57,130 nt of DNA from Patescibacteria group bacterium (GCA_030917865.1 JAUPTX010000004.1:1-57130), one strand, 5' to 3'; shown: positions 1-10,433, counted from the stretch's first letter. Notes: a model not told the origin generated them from the letters alone. Program-made: numbers and translations.

Positions 1-327
1 ACCTTATCACTATTTTCAATCCTATATTGTTTTTACACCGAAAAGGATTTTGTCGTTTCTGTCGGATTGTTCGCCGCCCTCATCTACATCTCTTCACTTT
101 TTAAGTCTTTGTTTGGGAGGGCAAAGATTTCGGCGGATGAAGTTCGTGTCACCGAGGTTCTCTATAGGTTTACACCAAGATACCCAGACGAATCGAATTT
201 TTCCAGGGTTCAGTGCTGGCACATGTCGATGGACATGTTGGCTTTCGCCGGACTTTGGGTCACTGTGTTCTTTGAGTCTTGGGTGTTGCCGTGGATTGTT
301 GAGATGATCCATGCCACATACAGTTAA
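1..327 (+). CDS. Orphan membrane protein, 5'-truncated by window edge (cassette-type unit 1)
   Basis: Frame of ORF 67..327 is open from base 1 (TLSLFSILYCF...); two hydrophobic segments; GC-richer codons; followed by a long hairpin. Confidence 0.6.
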   Translation, partial: TLSLFSILYCFYTEKDFVVSVGLFAALIYISSLFKSLFGRAKISADEVRVTEVLYRFTPRYPDESNFSRVQCWHMSMDMLAFAGLWVTVFFESWVLPWIVEMIHATYS

Positions 328-332
328 GCCAA

Positions 333-361
333 CATCCCCGCGCACGAAGTGCGCGGGGATG
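333..361. terminator. 13-bp GC-rich hairpin between convergent genes
   Basis: catccccgcgcac-gaa-gtgcgcggggatg, perfect inverted repeat followed by ctttgtttt. Confidence 0.8.
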
Positions 362-368
362 CTTTGTT

Positions 369-1883
369 TTATAGCTCCTTCAAAGGATTTGGATGTTTTA
401 TCCCTTCTATTCTCTTATACGCGAGTTCAGAAGATATTAGACATATTGGCATACCGATTCCTGGGTTTGTCCCAGCTCCAACATAGAAAAGATTTTTAAT
501 ATGCTTACTTTTGTTATTTGGTCGTAAAATAGTTTGCTTTAAAGTATGAGCAAGCCCTAAAGCTGTGCCACCAAAGGCGTTGTAATCTGCCTTGAATTCT
601 TCGTGAGTATACATAGATTCGTATTCAATAATCTCTTCAAGGTCGGCAATATCTAAATCTTTTTTCATCATCGCGATAACTTTGTCGCGATATTCTTTTT
701 TCTGTACGTCGGTAAAAGATAGGTGTGACGCGACAGGTACGAGTACAAACAAAGTTTCTTTTCCGGCCGGCGCCACAGATGGGTCACTTTTAGATGGACA
801 AGAAACATAGTAAGAAGGATCGTCAGGGAATTTTGGATTATCGAAAACTTCTTTGAAATTTTTCTTCCAGTCTTGTGAAAATCGTAAGTTGTGGTGAGTG
901 AGAGAGTCAACTTTGCGAGATAGTCCCAAGAAAAGTATAAACGCAGAAGGTCCCATCACTGCTTTGTTCCAATATTTTTCATTATAAGTTCTTTGACTAT
1001 CATCTTTGATTAGGTTCATTTCTGTGAAATTCATATCGGCGTTAGACACTACGAAATCAGCGTAGATAAATTCGTCACTTTCTGTTCTTACTCCTTTTGC
1101 GATACCTTTTTCGCTCAAGATTTCTTTAATAGGCGAAGATGTGTGAATATGCACATCGTATTTTTTAGCGATGTTTTCTAAAGCCTCTATTACTTTATAA
1201 ATTCCGCCGTCTGGGTAGTAAACTCCCATATCAAAATCGATGAAATTCATCATGTTGTAGAGAGCCGGAGTTTTGTCTGGTGCAGATCCTAAGAAAACCA
1301 AAGTATATTCTAAAATCTTTTTTAGTCTGTCATCAGAAAACCATTTATTTAAATAGCTTTCCATTGTTTGAAATGGATTCATTCGAAGGCCTTCTTTTAA
1401 GAAATCTTTTTGCAAGAAATCAAAAATAGAGTTGTAGTTTCTGTACATGAATTTTTCTTTTGCGAGTTCGTATTGCTCGCCAGAGATTTTTAGATATTTT
1501 TTGATTTTTTCTCCTGAACCAGGCTCTAACTTTTCAAAAGTTTCTAAGTCTTTTGAAAGATCTGAGTACATATCTAGTACAGGATACTTTTCATCGCCAG
1601 GAAAGAAAACCCTATAAGAAGGCGAGAGTTTAGTAAGCTTTAAATACTCATTCACGTCTTCGCCTAAAAGTTTGAAAAAGTTTTCAAACACATCTGGCAT
1701 AAGATACCAAGACGGTCCCATATCGAAAACGAAACCGTCTTTTTCAAAGACACTCGCTCTTCCGCCAACTTTTGCGTTTTTTTCATAAAGGCTCACTTTG
1801 TAGCCCTTTTTGCCAAGAAGACACGCAAGACCGAGTCCGCCGATACCTCCACCGATTATCACTACATGTTTTTTCGATACCAT
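369..1883 (-). CDS. crtI: Phytoene desaturase (CrtI family)
   Basis: N-terminal GGGIGG FAD motif, FDMGPSWYLMPD, C-terminal GTALGLAHTLKQT..RP and GAGTNPGIGMP. Confidence 0.92.
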   Translation of the reverse strand: MVSKKHVVIIGGGIGGLGLACLLGKKGYKVSLYEKNAKVGGRASVFEKDGFVFDMGPSWYLMPDVFENFFKLLGEDVNEYLKLTKLSPSYRVFFPGDEKYPVLDMYSDLSKDLETFEKLEPGSGEKIKKYLKISGEQYELAKEKFMYRNYNSIFDFLQKDFLKEGLRMNPFQTMESYLNKWFSDDRLKKILEYTLVFLGSAPDKTPALYNMMNFIDFDMGVYYPDGGIYKVIEALENIAKKYDVHIHTSSPIKEILSEKGIAKGVRTESDEFIYADFVVSNADMNFTEMNLIKDDSQRTYNEKYWNKAVMGPSAFILFLGLSRKVDSLTHHNLRFSQDWKKNFKEVFDNPKFPDDPSYYVSCPSKSDPSVAPAGKETLFVLVPVASHLSFTDVQKKEYRDKVIAMMKKDLDIADLEEIIEYESMYTHEEFKADYNAFGGTALGLAHTLKQTILRPNNKSKHIKNLFYVGAGTNPGIGMPICLISSELAYKRIEGIKHPNPLKEL

Positions 1884-2704
1884 AGATATGTTTTAAAAGT
1901 TATAATAATTTTTTGGAAAATATTTGTTTTCGCTCTTTTTCGGAAGACATCGTAGTCTTGTTTTTCTATTTCGTCTAATATCGCTTCATAAAGATTAGAA
2001 GAAAGTAGTATAGGAAACTTTGCTTTTGGGTGAATGAATTTTATACCGTCTCTTGATTTGTTAAATAAAATTCTGGCTTGGTCTATTTTAAATTTTACAA
2101 AAGGTCGGCACATTCTTTGGTTTTTGACATCTTCTAAATCTAGTTCGTATTTTTTTAGTTCATCTTCTGGAATATATATACGACCTCTTTTTTGATGGTC
2201 GTCTTTTGTGTCACGTAAGAAATTAGTGAGTTGCATCGCTTCACCTAGAGCTTTTGCATAAGGTTTGGCTTCTTCTGTTAGGCTTCCTGTGATTTGAAGC
2301 ATAATAAGTCCGATAACAGTTGCCGAGCCGTACATGTAATCTTCTAGTTCTTTCATATTTTTATATGACTTCTTTTCTAAATCCATTTGCATGGATTTGA
2401 TAAAGCTTTCGGTAAATTCTTTTTTAATTTTCCATTTTTTAGCGACTTTTATAAAAGCTCGCATTTCAGGCCTTGCCACACTTTCACCTTTTTCTGCTTT
2501 TCTCCAGTCCGCTATCCAGCTTTCAAAATCTTCTTTGGCTTTTATTTTATTTTCCGTCTCGTCGACTATATCGTCGAGTTTTCGAACCCAGGCATAAAAA
2601 GCATAAGTTGCGAGTCTTATTCTTTTAGGAAAAAATCTTGTTGCGAAGTAGTAGGCTTTTCCGTGCTTTTTTTGTACTTTTTTACAATACTGCCAGTCGT
2701 TCAT
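1862..2704 (-). CDS. crtB: Phytoene/squalene synthase (CrtB)
   Basis: YYFATRFFP, RKLDDIVDE, MQLTNFLRD and GRIYIP motifs; probable start ATG 2704, just after the crtE stop. Confidence 0.9.
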   Translation of the reverse strand: MNDWQYCKKVQKKHGKAYYFATRFFPKRIRLATYAFYAWVRKLDDIVDETENKIKAKEDFESWIADWRKAEKGESVARPEMRAFIKVAKKWKIKKEFTESFIKSMQMDLEKKSYKNMKELEDYMYGSATVIGLIMLQITGSLTEEAKPYAKALGEAMQLTNFLRDTKDDHQKRGRIYIPEDELKKYELDLEDVKNQRMCRPFVKFKIDQARILFNKSRDGIKFIHPKAKFPILLSSNLYEAILDEIEKQDYDVFRKRAKTNIFQKIIITFKTYLWYRKNM

Positions 2705-2705
2705 T

Positions 2706-3674
2706 TTATTTATCTCTTTTTGATATTTTTTCAAGAAGAGCTAGCCAGCTTTCTTTTTGATCTACGCCTTCTATTAATTTCTCTGTCTTTTTTATCAAAG
2801 TGTTCTTCTCTTCTTCAATTTTTTTCAGTGTTCCTGATTTATCGATGAGTTCTTTTATTTTTTGTTTTTCTTCTTTGTTTAGTTTTTTACCAAAAACTTT
2901 TTTAAAGAATTTGTCATTTTTTAGATTAAGAGAAATTAATGTGGCTTGCTTTGATTCTATGTCTTGGAAAGTTTTTTTGTTTAGTTTTTTCTCGTCTCCG
3001 AAAATATCTAGTAGGTCGTCGTCGATTTGGAAAATTATCCCTAGGTTTTCACCGATTTGGCTGTATTTTTTATCAAGATTTTTACCAGCCAAAACAAGAC
3101 CTATTTCTATTGGTCTTCGGAAAGTATATCTGGCTGTCTTTAAGATATTTTTCTCCATTAATTCTTTTTGAGAAAAATCTTTTTGATGGGGAAGAGTGGC
3201 GTCTATTGCTTGGCCAACAATAACTTCTTCGATTAGCGTTTGGAATAATCTAATAGATTCTTTGTTTGTGTTTTCGTCTATAAAGCATTCATATGCCCAG
3301 TTGAAAACCATATCTCCTGCGAGCATTGCGTAGCTTTTAGACAGGTCTCCGTTTTTATGCAAAGTGTTTATCGTCTTCACGCCATGTCTTACAGAAGATC
3401 CATCCATTATGTCGTCATGAATTAATGCAAAAAGATGCAAAAGCTCAACACCAACCATTTGGTTTATTATTTCTTGATTTAGTTTTGAGTTGCCGTATGC
3501 GAGGTTGATAATATACGGACGTATTCTTTTGCCGTTTTCTGAAAGTTTGCTTATGTGACTGATCACCTTGTTAAATTCTTCGCTCTTGCTAACTTTCGCA
3601 GCTCTTTTGATTAAAGAATTTATTTTTTTGTTAAATATCGGTTCAAATTTTTCTCTAAACTCGGTCGGTGTCAT
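2706..3674 (-). CDS. crtE: Polyprenyl (geranylgeranyl) diphosphate synthase
   Basis: GKRIRP, first aspartate-rich motif LIHDDIMD, second motif FQIDDDLLD; operonic with crtB/crtI. Confidence 0.85.
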   Translation of the reverse strand: MTPTEFREKFEPIFNKKINSLIKRAAKVSKSEEFNKVISHISKLSENGKRIRPYIINLAYGNSKLNQEIINQMVGVELLHLFALIHDDIMDGSSVRHGVKTINTLHKNGDLSKSYAMLAGDMVFNWAYECFIDENTNKESIRLFQTLIEEVIVGQAIDATLPHQKDFSQKELMEKNILKTARYTFRRPIEIGLVLAGKNLDKKYSQIGENLGIIFQIDDDLLDIFGDEKKLNKKTFQDIESKQATLISLNLKNDKFFKKVFGKKLNKEEKQKIKELIDKSGTLKKIEEEKNTLIKKTEKLIEGVDQKESWLALLEKISKRDK

Positions 3675-3677
3675 AAA

Positions 3678-4601
3678 CTATTTTGTGTGTAAAAACATAT
3701 AAATATCTTCGATTGCTGTGACGGCGTCTCCTGCAGCGATGTTGTTTTGATGATAGAGAATATTTGTACAATCTCCAGCCGCCCAGATGCCTGGAACTTC
3801 AGACGATTTTCTCCATGGGTCAATTTTCACTCTCTTGTAGTCGTCCAAGGTCACAACGCCTTCCAGGAAAGAAGTGTTTGGTATTTGTCCAATTTCCACG
3901 AAAATACCTTTCGCGTCGAGAGTTTTTTCTTCGCCATCTACTTTAAATTTAATCCCTGAGACAAATTTATCTCCTAAAATCTCTGTGACTTCGGCATTCA
4001 AAATCCCTGTCATTTTTGGATGACTTAAAACTTTGTCTACTGTTATTTTATCTGCCTTAAATTCAGCGCCTCTGTGAATAAGTGTGACGCTTTTTGTATA
4101 AGCTAAAAGTTGCGCTGCTGTTTCAAAGCCGGCGTTTCCTCCACCCAAAACCACAACATCTAGTCCAGAGAACATCGGACCGTCACAAGTTGCGCAATAA
4201 GTAAGACCTTTGTGTTCGAGCTGATTTGCGCCCACCACTGTGTCTGGTAGTTTTCTTCGAGAGCTTCCAGACGCGACCAAAATAGTCTTTGTATCAAAAT
4301 TTTCTCCTTTGTTCGTAGAAACAGAAAATCCACCGTCTGTTTTTGCAACTTTTTCTACTAGAGAGCCTTCTTTTATTGTTAGAAATTCGCCTTCGTAGTA
4401 TTTTACATGGTCTTTGAAACTTTTTGCTAGATCTGCGCCAGAAATTTCTGGAGTTCCGATCCAGTTAAAGATTTTTTCAGAAACTACTGATTGTCCGCCA
4501 AATTCTCCTGCGATAAGTAAAGTTTTAAGTTGTTTTCTTGCTGCGTAGACTGCGCCAGAAGCTGCTGCCGGGCCTCCACCGATTATTATCAAATCAAACA
4601 T
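3678..4601 (-). CDS. trxB: Thioredoxin reductase-like FAD/NAD(P)H oxidoreductase
   Basis: GGGPAA, YCATCDG redox motif, GGGNAG, AAGD. Confidence 0.88.
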   Translation of the reverse strand: MFDLIIIGGGPAAASGAVYAARKQLKTLLIAGEFGGQSVVSEKIFNWIGTPEISGADLAKSFKDHVKYYEGEFLTIKEGSLVEKVAKTDGGFSVSTNKGENFDTKTILVASGSSRRKLPDTVVGANQLEHKGLTYCATCDGPMFSGLDVVVLGGGNAGFETAAQLLAYTKSVTLIHRGAEFKADKITVDKVLSHPKMTGILNAEVTEILGDKFVSGIKFKVDGEEKTLDAKGIFVEIGQIPNTSFLEGVVTLDDYKRVKIDPWRKSSEVPGIWAAGDCTNILYHQNNIAAGDAVTAIEDIYMFLHTK

Positions 4602-4701
4602 ATTTTTATAGCCAAAATCTTTTTTGGCGGATTTTAAAAATTTATAACCCTTGTATTATAGCATAAATTATACAAAGCTCAGCGCTTAAATAATTAAACA
4701 G

Positions 4702-4723
4702 AAAACCGCCATGAGGCGGTTTT
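4702..4723 (-). terminator. Intrinsic terminator after ftsZ
   Basis: aaaaccgcc-atga-ggcggtttt. Confidence 0.75.
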
Positions 4724-4739
4724 CTTTTCTATAAACTAT

Positions 4740-5975
4740 CTATTTCTTTCTTCGTAGAAATGCTGGAACAGCGCTCCAGTCGTCTTTGTCATCGTCATCT
4801 TCATCTTCGTCTTCATAATCAAACGCGTCTCCGTCGATTATTTCTATTGTTTCTTTTTCGTTTTTTGGCATTAGGTCGTCCATGTCGACTTCTTCTATTA
4901 CTTTCTTTGGTTTGCCGACAACTTCTTCTTTTGGTGTAGATATATTTTCTCTAGCTTCACTTAGTTGTTTTTGGATAGACATTTCTGTTTGAGCTTGGAA
5001 TATAGATTTCTTTGGTGCTCCTGTAGGGAAACCTGTCGCGATAACTGTAATCTTTATTTCTCCTTTCTTTAGAGATTCGTCTCGTGTTGTACCGAAAATC
5101 ACTCGTGCATCTTTGTCGATAGACTCTGTGATTATCTTTGCGGCGATGTTTGCCTCTTGGATACCAAGATCATCTCCACCAGATATAGAGAACAAAACTC
5201 CTCTTGCGCCGTTGATAGAGATTTCCAAAAGAGGTGAATTAATAGCCTTAAGAGCAGCTTCTTCTGCGCGGTTGTCTCCTGCAGCTTTCCCGATACCCAT
5301 AAGAGCAGAACCCGCGTCAGACATTATGGCTTTGATGTCGGCGAAGTCTACGTTGATGATACCAGGAGTTGTGATTAGGTCTGAGATACCTTCTACAGCT
5401 TCTTTTAAGATGTTGTCACACATTGCGAAAGCGTCTTTGAAAGTAGTTTCTTTTTCGGCGATGGCAAGAAGTCTGTCGTTTGGGATAACAACAATGGCAT
5501 CGACTTCTTTTTCAAGCTCTTTGATACCTTGTTCTGCGAGTCGTAGTCTGTGTTGACCTTCGAATGCAAAAGGTTTTGTAACAACGGCAACTGTTAAGAT
5601 GCCTTGTTCTTTGGCGGCTCTGGCTACTATCGGCGCAGCACCTGTTCCCGTTCCTCCACCCATACCAGATGTGATGAAAACCATATCTGCACCTTTTAGA
5701 ACGTCTTGAACTTCTGACTTTGTTTCTTCGGCAGCTTTCTTACCAACTTCTGGATTCATACCTGCACCAAGACCTTTTGTTAGATTTTTTCCAAGATGGA
5801 TTTTTTTATCTGCAAGAGATTTATGAAGATCTTGCGTGTCTGTATTCATCGCGATGAAATCAACACCGTTTACTCTCGATGCAACCATGTGATTAACTGC
5901 GTTTCCTCCTGAACCGCCAACACCAACAACCTTTATTCGTGCAAACGTTTCTATATCTGGGTTTATTTTTGCCAT
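4740..5975 (-). CDS. ftsZ: Cell division protein FtsZ
   Basis: [18 protein letters not shown] tubulin signature, INVDFAD, C-terminal VPAFLRRKK. Confidence 0.98.
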   Translation of the reverse strand: MAKINPDIETFARIKVVGVGGSGGNAVNHMVASRVNGVDFIAMNTDTQDLHKSLADKKIHLGKNLTKGLGAGMNPEVGKKAAEETKSEVQDVLKGADMVFITSGMGGGTGTGAAPIVARAAKEQGILTVAVVTKPFAFEGQHRLRLAEQGIKELEKEVDAIVVIPNDRLLAIAEKETTFKDAFAMCDNILKEAVEGISDLITTPGIINVDFADIKAIMSDAGSALMGIGKAAGDNRAEEAALKAINSPLLEISINGARGVLFSISGGDDLGIQEANIAAKIITESIDKDARVIFGTTRDESLKKGEIKITVIATGFPTGAPKKSIFQAQTEMSIQKQLSEARENISTPKEEVVGKPKKVIEEVDMDDLMPKNEKETIEIIDGDAFDYEDEDEDDDDKDDWSAVPAFLRRKK

Positions 5976-6079
5976 ATGCCAAATTCTTTTCTAGTAATAA
6001 TGTGAACTCTATAATACCAGAAAAGGGAATTAAGGGAAAAGGGTTGACAGTACTGTTATAGTATGACTTTTTGGAATAG

Positions 6080-6114
6080 TTAAACAGCGCGGGCCGAAGG
6101 CCCGCGCTGTTTAA
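6080..6114. terminator. 16-bp perfect hairpin between ftsA and ftsZ
   Basis: ttaaacagcgcgggcc-gaa-ggcccgcgctgtttaa. Confidence 0.65.
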
Positions 6115-6146
6115 ATAAAAACTATAAACTAATATTTACAAACCAT

Positions 6147-7310
6147 CTACGGCATTAATTGCTTTCCGATGTTTTTAAACAAATCGCCAATAGATTTTAT
6201 TATTTTTGTGAATGGATTTGAATAGTCGTTACCACCTTGTACGTATTTGCCAGACATGCAAAGTCCATACACTACATACCAAGCCGGATCTTTTAATACT
6301 CCTGAACCGATCGCCCCCGCCATTGTTATCGGTAGGTTTAAAATATTTCTTGAAATTCTTTCTGTCATTTCGTTGTTTGTTGCGCCGCCGATTATTATCG
6401 CGCCACCAGCCAATCTGCCATCTTTTTTAAGTCTCTTTAAGAATTCTTGGATTAGTTCAAATATTTCTGTAACTCTTGCTTCGATAATATCTTCTATATC
6501 TCTTTGACTAAAGTCTCCAGTTATTTCTCCTTTTTTGATTTTTTCTGCATCACTAAGATTTATTTTAAGACCTAGTGCTAAATCTTTTGTTATGTCCATC
6601 CCACCAATCGGCAAAACTTTCACTGCGATAATATCTCCGTCTTCAAAAACAGCTAAAGATGTGGTTTCCGCTCCAATATCAACCAAAATACATCCTGCCA
6701 TTTTTTGTTGGTTGCTTACCACAGCAACAGAAGACGCAAGTGGTGCTGCGATTACATCTACAACATCTATCCCAGCATTTGTGACAGAATCAACCAAAGC
6801 TTCTAAGTGTTGGTTAACACAAGTTATAAATAGTGTGAAAACTTCTAGCTTCACTCCACGTAGGCCTTCTGGTTTGCCGTATAAATCTTTGCCGTCTAAT
6901 TTATAAAAATAGGGAATAGACTCGATAACATGTTTATTCAAAAGCTTTAGACTTTGTTCGCTTTCTTTTATTGCGTTTTGTACGTCGAGTGCCGTGACTT
7001 CGTTGTCGGCTCTGGATATTATCGAAGTTCCCCGAGACTGTCTTGATTCGAGACTTATACCGCCAATAGCCAGCGTTGCTTGTCTTATTTTAATACCAGA
7101 TCTGTGTTCAGCTTCTCTGACTGCTTTCATTATTGCTCTGGCAACTTCTTCTTTGTCGTTTATGTAGCCGTTTTTGATTCCTTTTGCTTCTGCCTTTCCA
7201 GTACCAATAATCCTAGAGCTTTTTTTGTCTCTTTCTTTTACGTGTTCAGCAACCATCACTTTGATAAGATGGCTACCAACGTCTATTCCAACTGTTATGC
7301 TTTTTGACAT
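6147..7310 (-). CDS. ftsA: Cell division protein FtsA
   Basis: GIDVGSHLIK, LVDIGAETTS, PIGGMDITKDLA; upstream of ftsZ. Confidence 0.95.
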   Translation of the reverse strand: MSKSITVGIDVGSHLIKVMVAEHVKERDKKSSRIIGTGKAEAKGIKNGYINDKEEVARAIMKAVREAEHRSGIKIRQATLAIGGISLESRQSRGTSIISRADNEVTALDVQNAIKESEQSLKLLNKHVIESIPYFYKLDGKDLYGKPEGLRGVKLEVFTLFITCVNQHLEALVDSVTNAGIDVVDVIAAPLASSVAVVSNQQKMAGCILVDIGAETTSLAVFEDGDIIAVKVLPIGGMDITKDLALGLKINLSDAEKIKKGEITGDFSQRDIEDIIEARVTEIFELIQEFLKRLKKDGRLAGGAIIIGGATNNEMTERISRNILNLPITMAGAIGSGVLKDPAWYVVYGLCMSGKYVQGGNDYSNPFTKIIKSIGDLFKNIGKQLMP

Positions 7311-7334
7311 GTGGATTTTATAAAAATAAAAGAT

Positions 7335-7730
7335 CTAAAGATTGAACATCTTTACAAACTTTTTTTCCATAGATTCCATTTTACTACCATGTGTCATTCC
7401 CTTCAAATGCAAAATTCCGTGGATAACTAAAAACCCTAAATAATTGATATATTTTTTATCAAAATTTTTAGCCTCTATTCGGATGGTCTCCAGGTTAAGA
7501 ATTATCTCTCCAGAGTTTTTGGTAATAGGGAAGCTCAAGATATTTTTATGATCTTTGTTCTTTTTAAATCTCAAACTAAGGTCTTCTATTGTTTTTTTAT
7601 TTACGAAAGTAATACTGAGCTCGTAGTCTTTGCCGATTATTTCTTCTTTTATACGAACAAAAGGCAAGCTTGGAAGCTTGCCTTTTGTCATTCTTTTAAT
7701 TTCTAGATTGTCTTTCTCAAAAATCTGCAT
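7335..7730 (-). CDS. ybeY: rRNA maturation endoribonuclease YbeY
   Basis: NILSFP, GEIILN, IHGILHLKGMTH metal motif. Confidence 0.9.
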   Translation of the reverse strand: MQIFEKDNLEIKRMTKGKLPSLPFVRIKEEIIGKDYELSITFVNKKTIEDLSLRFKKNKDHKNILSFPITKNSGEIILNLETIRIEAKNFDKKYINYLGFLVIHGILHLKGMTHGSKMESMEKKFVKMFNL

Positions 7731-7736
7731 TATTGA

Positions 7737-7964
7737 TTATTTGATTTTTCCAAGTTTTTGTAGTTTTTCTCTTTCTGTTTGCTTTTCAATTCTTTTCAAA
7801 GCATTTTTCTTTAAAACGAATTTTGAAAGTTTTCTTTCAGCGTATCTTAGAGATCTAACCTTTTTTACTAAACCTGAATCTTTAACCTTACGAGAAAAAC
7901 GTCGCATTAAGTTTGCGCTGTTTTCTCCTTGTTTTTTTGTTACTTCTATTAAAGCTTTTGCCAT
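7737..7964 (-). CDS. rpsU: 30S ribosomal protein bS21
   Basis: Basic 75-aa protein, EVTKKQGENSANLMRRFSRKVKDSG pattern; start ATG at 7964. Confidence 0.75.
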   Translation of the reverse strand: MAKALIEVTKKQGENSANLMRRFSRKVKDSGLVKKVRSLRYAERKLSKFVLKKNALKRIEKQTEREKLQKLGKIK

Positions 7965-8024
7965 ATGTGGGCATAGATTAACATAGTATTTTATAGAATG
8001 CAAGAGTTTTTCTGGGTAAAAAAG

Positions 8025-8053
8025 AAGCCCCCGCCTGTCTTTGGCGGGGGCTT
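8025..8053 (-). terminator. GC-rich terminator of unit 2
   Basis: aagcccccgcc-tgtcttt-ggcgggggctt. Confidence 0.8.
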
Positions 8054-8059
8054 GCGTAA

Positions 8060-8419
8060 CTAAGTCATGACAACGCCTCTAGATATTAGTTGGTCCTTTA
8101 GCTTTCCTTCTGGGAGCGGAACCCATTGTGGATTGGTATGTCTATTTATTAAGATTTCCAATTCCTTGGTTTTCCGGTTTTGCCTCAGGAAGCTACTATT
8201 AAGTCTGCCAAATATGATTCCTGGGTTTTTTCTTAGCTTGCCATCATTATTTTTTAGATAGTCTGGGGTTAGGTTGTAATAGTCATAGTCATCGTCGGAA
8301 TGGCGTTTAGTTGTTTTTTCTTTTTTTATTTTAGAGTACAAGATAATTATTCTGAACAATGAAAAAATAAATAATCCAATCCAAGATATTATCATCAGGA
8401 TGTTTACGTGTTTTTCCAT
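8060..8419 (-). CDS. Orphan single-TM protein (cassette-type unit 2)
   Basis: N-terminal TM helix; TATAAT and leader aaccaaaaagcactgacc upstream on - strand; own hairpin. Confidence 0.7.
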   Translation of the reverse strand: MEKHVNILMIISWIGLFIFSLFRIIILYSKIKKEKTTKRHSDDDYDYYNLTPDYLKNNDGKLRKNPGIIFGRLNSSFLRQNRKTKELEILINRHTNPQWVPLPEGKLKDQLISRGVVMT

Positions 8420-8468
8420 GGTCAGTGCTTTTTGGTTATTATATACAAAATTTAAGATTAGGGAATAT

Positions 8469-10370
8469 TTACAAAACCTGTTCCGGGTTTACTTGTATGT
8501 TCCAGTAAGCAGGTAGTATCTTTAGTTTTTCTAAAAGCTTTTTGTCTAATTTGTTAATTTTTGTAAAATCCCAATCTTTTTTGTCTAATTTTAAAAGCAT
8601 TGTTATTTTTGAATAGTTATTTCCAATCCTTGCTTCGTTTATTGTTGGAGAATATTCTTCGTAGGTTTTAGATAAATATTCTACAACTTCTTTTCTTTCT
8701 TTTTCGCTAGATTCATAAGAGACTTTTATAAGCGTGAAAAAGGGTGGATATTTAAATTTCTCTCTATTTTCTATTTCGTCTTTATAAAAACCAATCAAAT
8801 TTCTATTTCTTATATCTTCTAAGATTTTTTCTTCTGCGTATCTGGTTTGAACTACGATACTTTCTTTTGTTATCGAATTCAAAAGAACTAAAAGATTAAC
8901 TATCTTTTCGTATACATTAAAAGTCGGTATGTTGAACAAGCTGTCAAAAGATGTGATGCATATGTTGTCTATGTTTTCGTTTAAAAATGGAAGTACTGCT
9001 TCTGTGCAAACCAGTATCGCAGATTTTTCTTTTTCGAATTTATCTACTTCTTCTTTTAATTTTTTAACTGATTTGAAATTTGTTTTATCTATCAGATAAA
9101 TTTTTTCTTTTTTGAAATATTTGGTTATTTCTTCATAAACTTTTTCTGTGCCCACGCCAAGTGGTGCCAGATCCCAGCCTCCGCAGTTTTTACATTTTAT
9201 ATTTGCTTCTATTTTTTTATTTGTTTTAGAAGTTTTAAAATATCTTTTTCCTGTGTTTTTATCTTCAAAAAGTATTAGAGGTTCTCCGTCTTCTGTTAAA
9301 CTCGTGCCGCAGTCCCTGCAAATTGTGTTTGTTGCATAACCTTTGCGCAGAGTAAAAAGCATTATTTTTTCTTGGTTTTCAAGAGATTTTTTAATTTTTG
9401 ATAAAACTTTTTTTGAAACAACAGAAAAGTTTTTATCTTTCTCTTCTCTCATGTCGACTATTGTTTCTGGTTTTTTCTCTGGAAGTCGCCAGTTTAGAGG
9501 TTGTAATTCTCCAACTTCTAAATTTTTCACTCTCCAAAGAGTTTCGACTCTTAAAATACTATCAGCCAGGATAAGTCGCGAATTTGTCTTTTTAGCCAAA
9601 TTTTCTATCAAAATCCGAGAATCTATCTGAGGTTTTCCTATAGTTTTGTATCCGTTTGATTTTTCGCCTTCTATTACATAAGTTTTAAAACTTTCATTTG
9701 CTAGATACAGGAAAGATGGAGTTGTAAAAACAACAACAGGGTGAGCAGAGTCAGTGACTTTATTGTGACTTTTTATGAAAGTTTTTTTAGCTAGATCTGT
9801 CTTTAGAAAAACAGAATAGTCTTCTATTCCTTTTTTAAGATTTTCATAAAAGAAAAAAGCTTCTTCTTTTGTGCTAAAGAAAAAAACAACAGATTCTTTT
9901 TTAGCAAAAGATTCTCTGATAAAAGTTTTGTAGATAACAATTCGATCTTCTATTGGTGCTTGGAAAGCTAATTTTTCATTTTGGACACTTGTTTCATTTT
10001 TTTTAGATTTCTGATTTTTTAGATTAAGTTCTCCGAAATTTTCAAAGAAAATATTTGGCAGGATATTGTTTAAAATTTGCCCAGAACTACAAACAAAATA
10101 GTCACTAGTTTCTTTGATTGTTTCTAAAAAATCTTGACTAAAAGACGCGTTGCCGATAATGCTTTTGATTTTTTTGAAATTAAAATCAGCTTTTTTAATA
10201 TCTATTTTTTTGTTTGATGCGTCTTCTTCGTCTATCACCAAAGCTTTTACTTCTTTGTTTCTCACTGTAACAGTCACAATATCGCCAATTTTAACGTCTT
10301 TAGCTGAAAAATACGTCAAAGATTCTTTGTTTAGGGTTTTGATAAAAGGTGTGACGGTCACTATTTTCAT
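8469..10370 (-). CDS. priA: Primosomal protein N' (PriA-like, degenerate helicase)
   Basis: N-terminal LTYFS..KIGDIVTV, RKGYA..ICRDCG, CKNCGG..LGVGTEKV, RE.FKYPPF. Confidence 0.88.
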   Translation of the reverse strand: MKIVTVTPFIKTLNKESLTYFSAKDVKIGDIVTVTVRNKEVKALVIDEEDASNKKIDIKKADFNFKKIKSIIGNASFSQDFLETIKETSDYFVCSSGQILNNILPNIFFENFGELNLKNQKSKKNETSVQNEKLAFQAPIEDRIVIYKTFIRESFAKKESVVFFFSTKEEAFFFYENLKKGIEDYSVFLKTDLAKKTFIKSHNKVTDSAHPVVVFTTPSFLYLANESFKTYVIEGEKSNGYKTIGKPQIDSRILIENLAKKTNSRLILADSILRVETLWRVKNLEVGELQPLNWRLPEKKPETIVDMREEKDKNFSVVSKKVLSKIKKSLENQEKIMLFTLRKGYATNTICRDCGTSLTEDGEPLILFEDKNTGKRYFKTSKTNKKIEANIKCKNCGGWDLAPLGVGTEKVYEEITKYFKKEKIYLIDKTNFKSVKKLKEEVDKFEKEKSAILVCTEAVLPFLNENIDNICITSFDSLFNIPTFNVYEKIVNLLVLLNSITKESIVVQTRYAEEKILEDIRNRNLIGFYKDEIENREKFKYPPFFTLIKVSYESSEKERKEVVEYLSKTYEEYSPTINEARIGNNYSKITMLLKLDKKDWDFTKINKLDKKLLEKLKILPAYWNIQVNPEQVL

Positions 10371-10433
10371 GATTTAAATATAACATTTTGTACGTGTTTT
10401 AAGATATATTGACACTTGTGGTAAAATTCTTAA

